Below are positions 1-8,821 of a DNA stretch of 64,000 nucleotides, piece by piece (within the stretch, counting starts at the first letter, position 1; every line of letters begins with the position of its first letter). Source of the DNA: an uncultured delta proteobacterium (GTDB lineage Bacteria > Desulfobacterota > WTBG01); NCBI GenBank assembly GCA_963793865.1, contig CAWCBP010000001.1:864001-928000 (forward strand). The letters are read 5' to 3'. A program made the translations under genes and the position numbers. The notes under the pieces were generated by a model, which ran no database searches, was not told the origin of the DNA, and saw only the letters and a list, made by a program, of their open reading frames with translations.

Positions 1-1
1 C

Positions 2-2161
2 GCCCTGAAGTTTTACACCAACAACGACTTCGCCTTCAAAGAAGTCCACAACGAAAAACTATTCGAGCAGAATACACAGGTAGTTAAAGAAGTAGTAGAA
101 CTCTTTCAAGGTTACCGACTAAAGTACACTAGCAAACAGGCATTCCTAGGCAACCTTTTCGAGCTCCTGCTTAACAGCGGTTTCAAGCAGAGCGAGGGCC
201 AATTCTTCACACCCATCCCAATCGCGCGGTTCATCGTGCGCTGCCTACCACTGCGTGAGCGCATAGCAATTGCAATTGAGCGGGGCGATCAGCACATCAT
301 CCCCCGCATCATGGACTACGCTTGCGGTTCTGCCCATTTCCTAACAGAAGCAGTCGAAGAAATTCAAGAAGACCTTGAAACACTTGGGCGTGCCGAGGCC
401 AAAAGCACCACTTGGGCGCGTGATCACGTGTGGGGCATTGAAAAAGATTACCGCCTTGCCCGCACTGCTAAGATCGCTATGTTTCTCCATGGTGCGGGCG
501 ACGCCAACATTTTGCACGAGGACGGCCTTGACCATCGCAACCCAAGGCTTCCGCAACCTGGCACAGTGGATGTTCTAATCGCCAATCCCCCTTACTCCAT
601 TTCCAGTTTTAAGGAGCACATGCGTCTGCAGGCCAACCAGTTCACTTTGCTGCCCTACATGACTAACAGCTCCAGTGAAATCGAGACGCTGTTTGTCGAA
701 CGTGCCGCGCAGTTGCTCAAGGTGGGCGGGTTTGCAGGCCTCATCCTGCCATCGTCCATCTTGAGCAACGCGGGTATCTATCAACGAACCCGAGCTCTAA
801 TCCTTGAAAAATTCCTCATTCGCGGCATCGTTGAGATGGGTAGCAGTGCCTTCATCGCCACAGGAACTAACACAATTATCCTGCTGATAGAACGTCGGTG
901 CGACACCGACGCAGAGCACTTCACCGTCCGTGCAGATGCACTGTTTAGCGAAGAGAACAAGCCCAATGATGCGGACTTTGCCGACAGTGATCTGTTGAAT
1001 GCCTATACAATAGCCGTTGGTCTTGATTTTTCTGACTATTGCACATGGCTGGGCGATCCTGCGGGAGAACCGCCCGATGCACTTGCACAGGCGGCTTTGT
1101 TTAGGTCTTACGATGAAGAATTTAACGCGCTCGCCGAAACGCAGCGCCGTGTTCAGCAAAAGACATTTCTAAAGCTGAGAAAGGAAGAGCGTAATACCGA
1201 AATGAGGGGCAAACTGCTCCGCTACATCCGCAACGCCGAGCGGCAGAAGTTCATCCACTTCGCACTGGCCTATACTGAGAAACTCAAAGGCGGCGAACTT
1301 GTTCCCCAACAAACAACAATCTTGCGCGGCGCAGGCAGCAAGGCAGAAGAGCAGGCATTCCTCGGATATAAATGGAGCCAGAGGCGTGGCGCGGAGGGCA
1401 TGGTCTTCCTCCGCGAGCCATACGACGGCGGCCTGCTATACACAGCAGATGAGGTCAATCGCGCCGAACCTTCGACAAAGGCAGCTCACCACTTCCGCGC
1501 TGGATTTCTTGGTACCGAGCGCGGCGAATTGGCCTCTGATCATCCGCTGAAAGACAGACTTTACACCGCGCCCACCGTTACGTGCCTCGACTTCACCCGC
1601 ACTACTGCAGACCTAGCGGTCAACCTTTCCCCGAAACAAGGCGAAGCGGCGTCTGTCTTCGACACTCAATATCAACTTGTGCCTTTTATCAAGATGGCAA
1701 CTCTTGAATACGGTAAACCGTTGCCAGAAAGGGTACGAATTGAAGGCAGTTACCCTGTAATGGGCTCAAACGGAGCGATAGGCACGCACAATGAGTATCT
1801 GATCAAGGGGCCAACCATTATTGTGGGTCGCAAAGGGTCTGCTGGGCGCGTTGTCTATGAAGAACGCAATTGTTATCCAATTGATACAACTTTCTACATT
1901 GCTCATAACCCCAAAGAAACCGATTTGAGATTTATTCAGTTTGTCTTATATGAGCTGAATCTGGAAGAAGAAGCAAAAGCGCTAGGTGTGCCGGGCCTAA
2001 ACCGAAATGATGTATACAGGAAACTCGTTCCGTTTCCGCCATTAAAGGTGCAGCAGCGCATCGTCAAGGCAATTGAGCAATTGGAAAAAAAGGCCAAGAC
2101 ATACGTTATTAATGATTTGGAAGATCAAAAACGCAGAATCCTACTCGATGGCATCAGATGA
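2..2161 (+). CDS. Fused N6-adenine DNA methyltransferase/specificity (TRD) restriction-modification protein, type IIG-like or type I M-S fusion; 5' end outside window
   Basis: Frame is open from position 2 (ALKFYTNNDF...GQFFTPIPIARFIV). Motifs: GQFFTP, DYACGSAHFL (motif I), NPPY (motif IV). C-terminal HsdS-like TRD: YPVMGSNG, IIVGRKGSAG, PGLNRNDV, PFPPLKVQQRIV. Confidence 0.85.
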   Translation, partial: ALKFYTNNDFAFKEVHNEKLFEQNTQVVKEVVELFQGYRLKYTSKQAFLGNLFELLLNSGFKQSEGQFFTPIPIARFIVRCLPLRERIAIAIERGDQHIIPRIMDYACGSAHFLTEAVEEIQEDLETLGRAEAKSTTWARDHVWGIEKDYRLARTAKIAMFLHGAGDANILHEDGLDHRNPRLPQPGTVDVLIANPPYSISSFKEHMRLQANQFTLLPYMTNSSSEIETLFVERAAQLLKVGGFAGLILPSSILSNAGIYQRTRALILEKFLIRGIVEMGSSAFIATGTNTIILLIERRCDTDAEHFTVRADALFSEENKPNDADFADSDLLNAYTIAVGLDFSDYCTWLGDPAGEPPDALAQAALFRSYDEEFNALAETQRRVQQKTFLKLRKEERNTEMRGKLLRYIRNAERQKFIHFALAYTEKLKGGELVPQQTTILRGAGSKAEEQAFLGYKWSQRRGAEGMVFLREPYDGGLLYTADEVNRAEPSTKAAHHFRAGFLGTERGELASDHPLKDRLYTAPTVTCLDFTRTTADLAVNLSPKQGEAASVFDTQYQLVPFIKMATLEYGKPLPERVRIEGSYPVMGSNGAIGTHNEYLIKGPTIIVGRKGSAGRVVYEERNCYPIDTTFYIAHNPKETDLRFIQFVLYELNLEEEAKALGVPGLNRNDVYRKLVPFPPLKVQQRIVKAIEQLEKKAKTYVINDLEDQKRRILLDGIR

Positions 2162-2166
2162 GAAAT

Positions 2167-2237
2167 AACCAACAAAGCGCTCCACATGGCGGCAATCCGC
2201 TGCGCTACATTGCCGCATGTCAGCTTGGGCATTTTGC
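2167..2237 (+). mobile_element. Degenerate integron attC recombination site
   Basis: AACCAAC (R'') + 5 nt + GCTCCACA (L'') ... ACAT(G)GCGGCAAT / ATTGCCGCATGT stem ... TGTCAGC (L') + 6 nt + ATTTTGC (R', GTT changed to ATT). It lies just after a stop codon and about 20 nt before the next ATG. Confidence 0.7.
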
Positions 2238-2257
2238 CGCAAAGCTGAGGTACACGA

Positions 2258-2497
2258 ATGTCAACTATTCGTGAAGTCCATGACCTGATCGAGCGGATGA
2301 GGAGGATCATGCATCGCGCTACGATCTCGCCTGGCGCAGGTGAGGTTTGGGAGGCCGAGTTGTCTGGATATGGCTGCCAGTCGTATCGGCTCACCGGCAT
2401 GCTGTCACCGACCGCAACAGAAGACAATTTGGCGAACCTCGGCATCTGGGTTTGGAGCGCGAAGGACTATTTCAAGATATACGAACAACGATCCTGA
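2258..2497 (+). pseudogene. Short hypothetical ORF, probably a truncated gene-cassette remnant
   Basis: GAGG RBS and ATG directly after the attC; 79 aa; no downstream attC seen. Confidence 0.4.
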
Positions 2498-2795
2498 AAC
2501 CAAGTTGCCCGAAGTGTTTCAGTTCCGTAATTAAACTTCTTCTCCGCCAATGTACGGAATAGCTTCCGGGCTTTTACTGCTTCGTCATCCTATTCAACGA
2601 TCTCACCACTTTTGCATCGACAGCATTGGGCTTAGCTATTTTCTACCAGTGAAGGTTTCACTTGCGCGCATTCAGATAATTTGTTTAAATGTGCCCAGAC
2701 TGATGCCGTACTGGCGGGTCATACAACAGTGTTGCGCATACGCCGAATATGCCTTTATGCAGCAGGTAATACATTCAAATGAACCAAAGGATGTA

Positions 2796-4898
2796 ATGAG
2801 CCGGTGCGCTTTTTCCGTCCGGGAAGTCTCAGGTATAGGTCCCCGGATTTCATTGCTGCTGGGTAAGAAAGGCATCAGCACGGTTGAAGATGCATTGTAC
2901 TTTCTTCCCCGGACGTATGAAGATCGGCGGACCATTACCAGGATTGCCGATGCGACTGAGTGCGGCCGGTTCGAAACCTTCGTGGGGACAATAAAATCGC
3001 TTGGCATGGTTGCCTATCGGGGAAACCGGAAAAGGTTTTTTAAGATGACCATAGCTGATGAGTCCGGTGCGATCACGGCAAAATGGTTTAATTTTAATGT
3101 AAAGAGCATGATGGTTCGCTTTAAAAAAAATGATCAGGTCATCCTCACTGGCCAGGTTAAATTGTATGGCTCACAAAAGGAAGTGCACCATCCCGAGATA
3201 GAAATTCTTGAACCGGGTGAGGCGGTATCCCCGGAACTTAAAAAAATAATCCCGGTTTATTCGGAAACAGAAGGACTTCCGCAAAAAACCATAAGGCGGC
3301 TCATAAAGCGAATCGTGGAAGAGTATGCCGCGGCCACGCCCGACGGTATTTCAGTGACGATTCGAAAGCGGCAGAACATAATGGGCCTCGCCGATGCGCT
3401 GAGGAAAATTCACCATCCGGAAGTTGATGATTTTGAAGGACTTGCCGCAGGGACGTCGGAAGCGCATCGCCGCCTCATTTTCGATGAGCTATTCTTCCTG
3501 CAGCTCGGGCTGGCCCTGAGAAAAAGATTATTGTCTTATAAAAAAAGAAATAGTTATGATATATCAATTAAATGCTTTGATAAGCTAAAGTCGTTTCTAC
3601 CATTTGAACTCACCGCTTCACAGACGAGGGCTCTTGCGGATATCATGGAGGATTTTAAAAAGCCGTGCCCGATGAACCGGTTGCTGCAGGGTGATGTCGG
3701 CAGCGGCAAGACTATCATCGCGCTCATGGCGGCGATTATTGTTATACAGAACGGCTACCAGGCAGCGTTTATGGCTCCGACCGAGATTTTAGCCGAACAG
3801 CATTACACGCAGGTTCTGCAGTTTGCGGAACGGCTGGGGCTTAATGCGGTATTGCTGACCGGGGGCGGCAGCCGCTCACAGAAGGGGGATGCCTATGATG
3901 ACATTGCCGGGGGCAGGGTTGACATTGTTATCGGCACCCATGCCATAATCCAGGAAAAGGTTTCCTTCCGGAATCTCGGGCTTGCGGTCATCGATGAGCA
4001 GCACCGCTTCGGCGTGCGGCAGCGCGCGGCCCTGAAGATGAAGGGGATCAATGCGGATATTCTCATAATGACTGCCACGCCGATTCCAAGAACGCTCGGC
4101 CTCACCGTGTACGGCGATCTTGACTGTTCTGTCATAGATGAGATGCCGCCGGGGAGAATCCCGGTTACCACCAAGCTGTACAGGGAAAGGGACAGGAAAA
4201 TAGTCTACGAAATCATCACTCGGGAAATCGAAAACAAACGGCAGGTGTTTATTGTCTATCCTCTGGTCGAGGAGTCGGAAAAGATCGATTTGAAAAACGC
4301 GACGGATATGGCCCGCTCACTGCAGGATACCGTGTTTCCAAACCACCGGATCGGCTTATTGCATGGCAGAATGGGAGGAGAGGAAAAGGATCGGATCATG
4401 GGTGACTTCAAGGCAAAAAAGATTGACATCCTTGTTTCAACCACGGTGGTGGAAGTGGGCATAGATGTGCCGAATGCATCGCTAATGGTCATCGAGCACG
4501 CGGAGCGGTTCGGTTTGTCCCAGCTTCACCAGTTGCGCGGACGGGTGGGGCGGGGAGTCCATCCTTCGCACTGCATATTGCTGGCCCATGCCGGCGGCAC
4601 CGGTGACGCCATGCGACGGCTGAAGATTATCGAGCAGACCACAGACGGATTTAAGATAGCTGAAGAGGATTTTAATATTCGGGGTCCGGGTGAATTGCTG
4701 GGCGTCCGTCAGTCGGGCATGCCGGATCTGCGCATCGCCCGCGCCCTGTACGATGTGAAAACGCTTCATGCGGCGCGAAACGAGGCCTTCCGCCTGGCGG
4801 AGGAAGATCCGGGGTTGACGCTGCCGGAACATCGTGTGACACGGCAGGTTTTGCAGGAGCGCTGGCAGGGAAGGCTGGAACTGGCGGACGTCGGCTAA
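2796..4898 (+). CDS. recG: ATP-dependent DNA helicase RecG
   Basis: MNRLLQGDVGSGKT, IDEQHRFGV, MTATPIPRTL, QLHQLRGRVGRG. Start placed at ATG 2796 (AAGGA upstream); 2757 is an alternative. Confidence 0.97.
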   Translation: MSRCAFSVREVSGIGPRISLLLGKKGISTVEDALYFLPRTYEDRRTITRIADATECGRFETFVGTIKSLGMVAYRGNRKRFFKMTIADESGAITAKWFNFNVKSMMVRFKKNDQVILTGQVKLYGSQKEVHHPEIEILEPGEAVSPELKKIIPVYSETEGLPQKTIRRLIKRIVEEYAAATPDGISVTIRKRQNIMGLADALRKIHHPEVDDFEGLAAGTSEAHRRLIFDELFFLQLGLALRKRLLSYKKRNSYDISIKCFDKLKSFLPFELTASQTRALADIMEDFKKPCPMNRLLQGDVGSGKTIIALMAAIIVIQNGYQAAFMAPTEILAEQHYTQVLQFAERLGLNAVLLTGGGSRSQKGDAYDDIAGGRVDIVIGTHAIIQEKVSFRNLGLAVIDEQHRFGVRQRAALKMKGINADILIMTATPIPRTLGLTVYGDLDCSVIDEMPPGRIPVTTKLYRERDRKIVYEIITREIENKRQVFIVYPLVEESEKIDLKNATDMARSLQDTVFPNHRIGLLHGRMGGEEKDRIMGDFKAKKIDILVSTTVVEVGIDVPNASLMVIEHAERFGLSQLHQLRGRVGRGVHPSHCILLAHAGGTGDAMRRLKIIEQTTDGFKIAEEDFNIRGPGELLGVRQSGMPDLRIARALYDVKTLHAARNEAFRLAEEDPGLTLPEHRVTRQVLQERWQGRLELADVG

Positions 4899-4927
4899 CT
4901 CCATCGGGATAAAAAAAAGGAAGTGGC

Positions 4928-5443
4928 ATGAAAGGGTATGTGCAGGTATATACCGGGGATGGGAAAGGCAAGACCACCGCGGCGATCGGCCTTGCGGTGA
5001 GGGCGGTTGGCGCCGGTCTTAAGGTGTTTATCGGACAGTTCGTCAAGGGGATGGAGTACAGCGAACTTAATTCGCTGGAGCGGTTTGCCCCGCAATTGCT
5101 GGTAAGGCAATACGGAAGAAAATCATTCGTGCACAATAAGCCTACCGAAGAGGATTTTCGCCTGGCGCGTGAGGGGTACGAAGATATCAGACGGGCAATT
5201 AATTCGAAACAGTATGATCTGGTCATTCTCGATGAGGCAAACATAGCGGTTTATTTTTCATTGCTCACGGTTGAAGACCTGCTTGCCCTCATTGACGGGA
5301 AGCCGGATTCGGTTGAACTTGTTTTTACCGGAAGAAAGGCGGACCCGAGGCTTATTGAGCGGGCCGATCTGGTGACGGAGATGAAGGAAGTGAAGCATTA
5401 CTTCAATAAAGGAATTGTAGCCCGGGATGGGATTGAGAAGTAG
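4928..5443 (+). CDS. cobO: Cob(I)yrinic acid a,c-diamide adenosyltransferase (CobA/CobO/BtuR)
   Basis: VYTGDGKGKTTAAIG, QFVKG, LVILDE, TGR...ADLVTEMKEVKH. Confidence 0.93.
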   Translation: MKGYVQVYTGDGKGKTTAAIGLAVRAVGAGLKVFIGQFVKGMEYSELNSLERFAPQLLVRQYGRKSFVHNKPTEEDFRLAREGYEDIRRAINSKQYDLVILDEANIAVYFSLLTVEDLLALIDGKPDSVELVFTGRKADPRLIERADLVTEMKEVKHYFNKGIVARDGIEK

Positions 5444-5512
5444 CCTGGAGCTAAACTGATACGGCTGCGCTGCGTGCAGACCGCAAGACGCTTTCAAGGA
5501 AGGAGGGCACAT

Positions 5513-6088
5513 ATGAAGGTTGTGGCATTTAACGGAAGTCCGAGAAAGGAAGGCAACACGTTCCAATCACTCAAGGTGGTATGCGATGAATTGGAACAGG
5601 CGGGTATCGACACCGAAATAGTGCAGGTGGGCGGGAAGGTGCTCCGCGGCTGCACCTCATGCTATGGCTGCTTTAAGAACAAGAACAAGCAATGCGTCAT
5701 CACCGAGGATGAGTTGAACGACTACGTCAGGAAAATGATCGAATCTGATGGAATGATTATAGGATCACCGGTGTATTTCAGCAATGTGAGTAGCGAAACC
5801 AAGGCTTTGATTGACCGCGCCGGCCTGGTTGCCAGGGCGAATGATTATCTCTTCGCGAGAAAGGTTGGCGCGTCGGTAGTTGCGGTGAGAAGGGCAGGGG
5901 CGACCTTTGCTTTTTCAGCAATAAATTTTTTCTTCTTCATTCAGCAGATGATGGTGCCGGGATCGGTTTACTGGAATCTCGGCATCGGGCGGGAGCCGGG
6001 AGAGGTGATGAAGGATGAGGAAGGCATAGTTACCTTTAAAACGCTGGGCCGGAACATGGCCTGGCTGCTCAAAAAGCTGAAGGCGTGA
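5513..6088 (+). CDS. Flavodoxin-family iron-sulfur flavoprotein (NADPH-dependent FMN reductase family)
   Basis: FNGSPRKEGNT, CTSCYGC...C cluster motif, GSPVYF, RRAGA; GGAGG RBS. Confidence 0.9.
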   Translation: MKVVAFNGSPRKEGNTFQSLKVVCDELEQAGIDTEIVQVGGKVLRGCTSCYGCFKNKNKQCVITEDELNDYVRKMIESDGMIIGSPVYFSNVSSETKALIDRAGLVARANDYLFARKVGASVVAVRRAGATFAFSAINFFFFIQQMMVPGSVYWNLGIGREPGEVMKDEEGIVTFKTLGRNMAWLLKKLKA

Positions 6089-6154
6089 GAACGGCGTTGC
6101 TCTATCATTCTGCATTCGGTCGGAGATAACGAATTATTTTTTCGGTAACCGGTT

Positions 6155-6580
6155 ATGTCCCTGTTTAAAATATCAATCGATAAGGAAACGGCGCTCAGGG
6201 AGAGAATGATTCGGCTGGGGGTGAAGGAAGGCGATTTGGAGGAAAGCTTTGTCCGCTCCTCCGGACCGGGCGGTCAGAATGTCAACAAGACTTCCACCTG
6301 CGTGTTTATCAGGCATGTTCCGACCGGTCTGACCGTAAAATGCCAGCGTGAGCGCTCCCAGTCACTCAACCGGTTTTTGGCGAGAAGGCTGCTCCTGGAT
6401 AAAATAGAGCGGCTGCAGTCAGGCATCATCGACGAGGAAAAAAAACGGATTGAAAAAATAAGAAGGCAGAAGAGAAAGCGTTCCAAGCGGGCGCAGGAGA
6501 AGATGCTGGAGAACAAGCACCGCTCCGCGGAAAAGAAGCGGCTTCGATCTGCGGTTGCCTATGATTCCGAAGAGAGCTAG
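6155..6580 (+). CDS. Peptide chain release factor-like protein (ArfB/YaeJ-like)
   Basis: SSGPGGQNVNK GGQ motif, CQRERSQSLNR, long basic C-terminal tail. Confidence 0.85.
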   Translation: MSLFKISIDKETALRERMIRLGVKEGDLEESFVRSSGPGGQNVNKTSTCVFIRHVPTGLTVKCQRERSQSLNRFLARRLLLDKIERLQSGIIDEEKKRIEKIRRQKRKRSKRAQEKMLENKHRSAEKKRLRSAVAYDSEES

Positions 6581-7140
6581 CCGCGTTTTTCAGCGAGCAG
6601 GCTGGCAATGGCCCTGGGAGAGGCACCGGAGTAATCTATCCGTTCGTGGTAGTAAATGATGTGCAGATCGCGGAAGCCGTGCAGCAGCTCGTTGGGCTTG
6701 AGGAGAAATTCAGGATTGCACGGTCTGCCGAAGCGGGCCTGCTCGAGGGTGTAGGTTTCAAAGAGCAGCATACCGCCCGCGGCAAGGCCCTTTTGTATAG
6801 GCTGGAACAGCTTGCGCTCGAGAAAGTAAAAGTTGAGAATGACAGCGTATGTTTGCTCTCCGATCGGGTAATCGGGCAGTTCAGCCCTGATGCCGGCGAT
6901 GGGCAGGAACTCGCGTTGGGCATATGAGTTTAACTTCTCAATCGCCACCGCGGAAGAATCAACGGCATCGGTCGGGTAACCGTGTGCGGCGAGAAAGACA
7001 GCATTTCTTCCGCTGCCGGAAGCGAGGTCAAGCGCCCTGCCCCGGCGAAGGCGGTCAAGCTGTTCAACCAGAAAACGGGCAGGCTCCTTTATGAGATCGC
7101 CGTCCTGTTGGTAGCGTTCATCCCACGTTTCGTTTGTCAT
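6577..7140 (-). CDS. Class I SAM-dependent methyltransferase (TehB-like)
   Basis: WDERY, ALDLASGSGRNAVFLA, FLLKPNEL. Confidence 0.85.
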   Translation of the reverse strand: MTNETWDERYQQDGDLIKEPARFLVEQLDRLRRGRALDLASGSGRNAVFLAAHGYPTDAVDSSAVAIEKLNSYAQREFLPIAGIRAELPDYPIGEQTYAVILNFYFLERKLFQPIQKGLAAGGMLLFETYTLEQARFGRPCNPEFLLKPNELLHGFRDLHIIYYHERIDYSGASPRAIASLLAEKRG

Positions 7141-7277
7141 AGGTCACAGGGTGCGTGAGAGGCGAGAATAAGATACAAAGCTTCATATGATAGCAACAAA
7201 GTTATTACTATCAGTCAGAATGGTTTGCAACAGTTATTAGCATGTGAATATAATTAGAACGAAATCGTATCTGATTT

Positions 7278-7309
7278 GTAGGGGCGACCGGCCGGTCGGT
7301 CGCCCCTAC
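7278..7309. repeat. REP-like palindrome (GTAG type)
   Basis: Perfect 13-bp inverted repeat GTAGGGGCGACCG / CGGTCGCCCCTAC around a 6-nt loop. Confidence 0.75.
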
Positions 7310-7352
7310 GTTGGGATATCCGGCATGGTGGGTTAATTAGAAAGAAGATCTT

Positions 7353-7417
7353 ATGGAGCGACGCGCTCTGTCGCGTCCGAATATGATATGAGGCCATGAC
7401 AGAGCATGGCCCTCCAT
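7353..7417. repeat. Inverted pair of GGAG-type REP-like hairpins
   Basis: ATGGAG-CGACGCG-CTCTGT-CGCGTC on the + strand and ATGGAG-GGCCATG-CTCTGT-CATGGC on the - strand. Confidence 0.6.
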
Positions 7418-7543
7418 CTTCAAAAGTCATCCTGCGACTTGATCGCAGGATCCAATAAAAACAATAAATAGATTCTGCGGTCGAGCCGCAGAATGACCCG
7501 TCTCCAGCATCACATTTCCTGCCTGGAGGGGAAAAAAAGAGAC

Positions 7544-8221
7544 ATGGACGAATTGTTCGACAAAACCAAGCGATGTATTGAAGAAAGGCTCAGGATAGAG
7601 CCGGTTGAGTTGCCGCCGGAACTGGTTCACATGACCCTGCCGCTTAAGATCTTTGATCTGCGATGCTATAATTGGAAAGCAGAAAAAATCCGCAAAATTT
7701 ACTTCATGCGCATCAAGGTTGCCATTCCTTATCTTGATATATTCGGCATGGCCATCTACCCCGATGCGACAACCGATATGCCAGGTTTTGCATTTGATTT
7801 TTCCTGTACCAAGAAAAAGGTGTTCGGCTATGTGAATTGTATTCCACTTTTTGGAGATAGGGCCTACCAGGAAAAGTACATTTCGCCTATGAAATCTGTC
7901 CGCGAACGCTGCCGCACCTTTCCTCCCCAAACCGTGCGCGAGTGGATGATGCCGTACCATACCCCCTATACCATTTATACCTTTCCGCCCACCTCATATT
8001 TGCCCGAGTTAAAGATATGCGCCTTTGCGTATCTGGAATTCTACCTTGATCTGTTTGCGCGTGCAGAGATAATTGCTGATCCCGGGTATGCATCTCGCGT
8101 GGAGGAGGCGCGGCGGAACTACGTCAACGCATTGTTGTCCAACGATAACTCACAAAAGATGCTCGGTAAAATTATCGGACGCGAGCGAGCACGCCGACTA
8201 TTTTACGAAGTGGTCACATAA
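7544..8221 (+). CDS. Ferredoxin-dependent bilin reductase (PcyA/PebA/PebB/RCCR superfamily)-like protein
   Basis: W-x-AEKIRK, IYPD-x3-DMPGFAFD, IPL...YQEKY, F-x-YLEFYL, Y...NDNSQKMLGKIIGRERARRLFYEV match the FDBR layout; about 225 aa. Confidence 0.7.
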   Translation: MDELFDKTKRCIEERLRIEPVELPPELVHMTLPLKIFDLRCYNWKAEKIRKIYFMRIKVAIPYLDIFGMAIYPDATTDMPGFAFDFSCTKKKVFGYVNCIPLFGDRAYQEKYISPMKSVRERCRTFPPQTVREWMMPYHTPYTIYTFPPTSYLPELKICAFAYLEFYLDLFARAEIIADPGYASRVEEARRNYVNALLSNDNSQKMLGKIIGRERARRLFYEVVT

Positions 8222-8252
8222 TGGGTTTTTGCTCTAAGATACGTTTAGGACC

Positions 8253-8304
8253 GGTAGGAGCGGCTTTACGCAGCGAATGCATCGTGCCTGAAGGCGCTCC
8301 TACC
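8253..8304. repeat. Degenerate REP doublet (GTAGGAGCG type)
   Basis: 10-bp terminal inverted repeat GGTAGGAGCG ... CGCTCCTACC with imperfect internal REP arms. Confidence 0.65.
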
Positions 8305-8337
8305 AAAAATTAAAATAATCATTGGTTAAGGATAGCC

Positions 8338-8775
8338 ATGTCATCAGCAGACAGTAAGAACAATAAGGCGGAGATTCTCGATGCCTTGAACGGCAACATG
8401 AATAGTGAATTCAGGGCGGTCCTGCAATATATCTGTCACCGAATCAGCGCTAGGAACCAGGACATCATGCTTGCCGAATCATTCAAGTCCGCGGCGCTCG
8501 ATGAAATGTCGCACATGCTCTTCTTCTCGGACCTGATCAGCCGCTATGGCGGCACCCCGACTTTTGAAGAGTGGAAGGTTGATCAAAGCAGCGACATAAA
8601 AACCATGCTGGAGACGGACCTGAAGCTGGAAACGGAAGCCAGGGATCGCTACGCCCGTCAGCTGGAAAAATTTCAGGAATATGCCGATGTGGCGTCGGTT
8701 CTGGCAGCTGTGCTCGCCGATGAAACAGACCACGAGGAAACCTTCCAGCGCTATTTGAATGACAGGCGCACGTAG
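8338..8775 (+). CDS. Bacterioferritin/ferritin-like protein
   Basis: E-x2-AVLQY-x2-H, DEMSH, I-x2-YGGTP, DLKLE, DETDH diiron ligands. Confidence 0.85.
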   Translation: MSSADSKNNKAEILDALNGNMNSEFRAVLQYICHRISARNQDIMLAESFKSAALDEMSHMLFFSDLISRYGGTPTFEEWKVDQSSDIKTMLETDLKLETEARDRYARQLEKFQEYADVASVLAAVLADETDHEETFQRYLNDRRT

Positions 8776-8821
8776 ACTGGTCTAACGGGAATAAATCGTT
8801 ACTGCAGTAAAGGAATCAGAA

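Noticed and set aside
2550..2795. Long N-terminal extension of RecG in the ORF track
   Set aside because: No RecG-like content and no RBS; similarity begins near ATG 2796.
4928..5443. cobO as part of a B12 photoreceptor (CarH) system with the carotenoid genes
   Set aside because: It is about 40 kb away, no CarH/LitR gene is in the window, and cobO is widespread.
7278..8304. CRISPR array suggested by the palindromic repeats
   Set aside because: No regularly spaced identical direct repeats and no cas genes.
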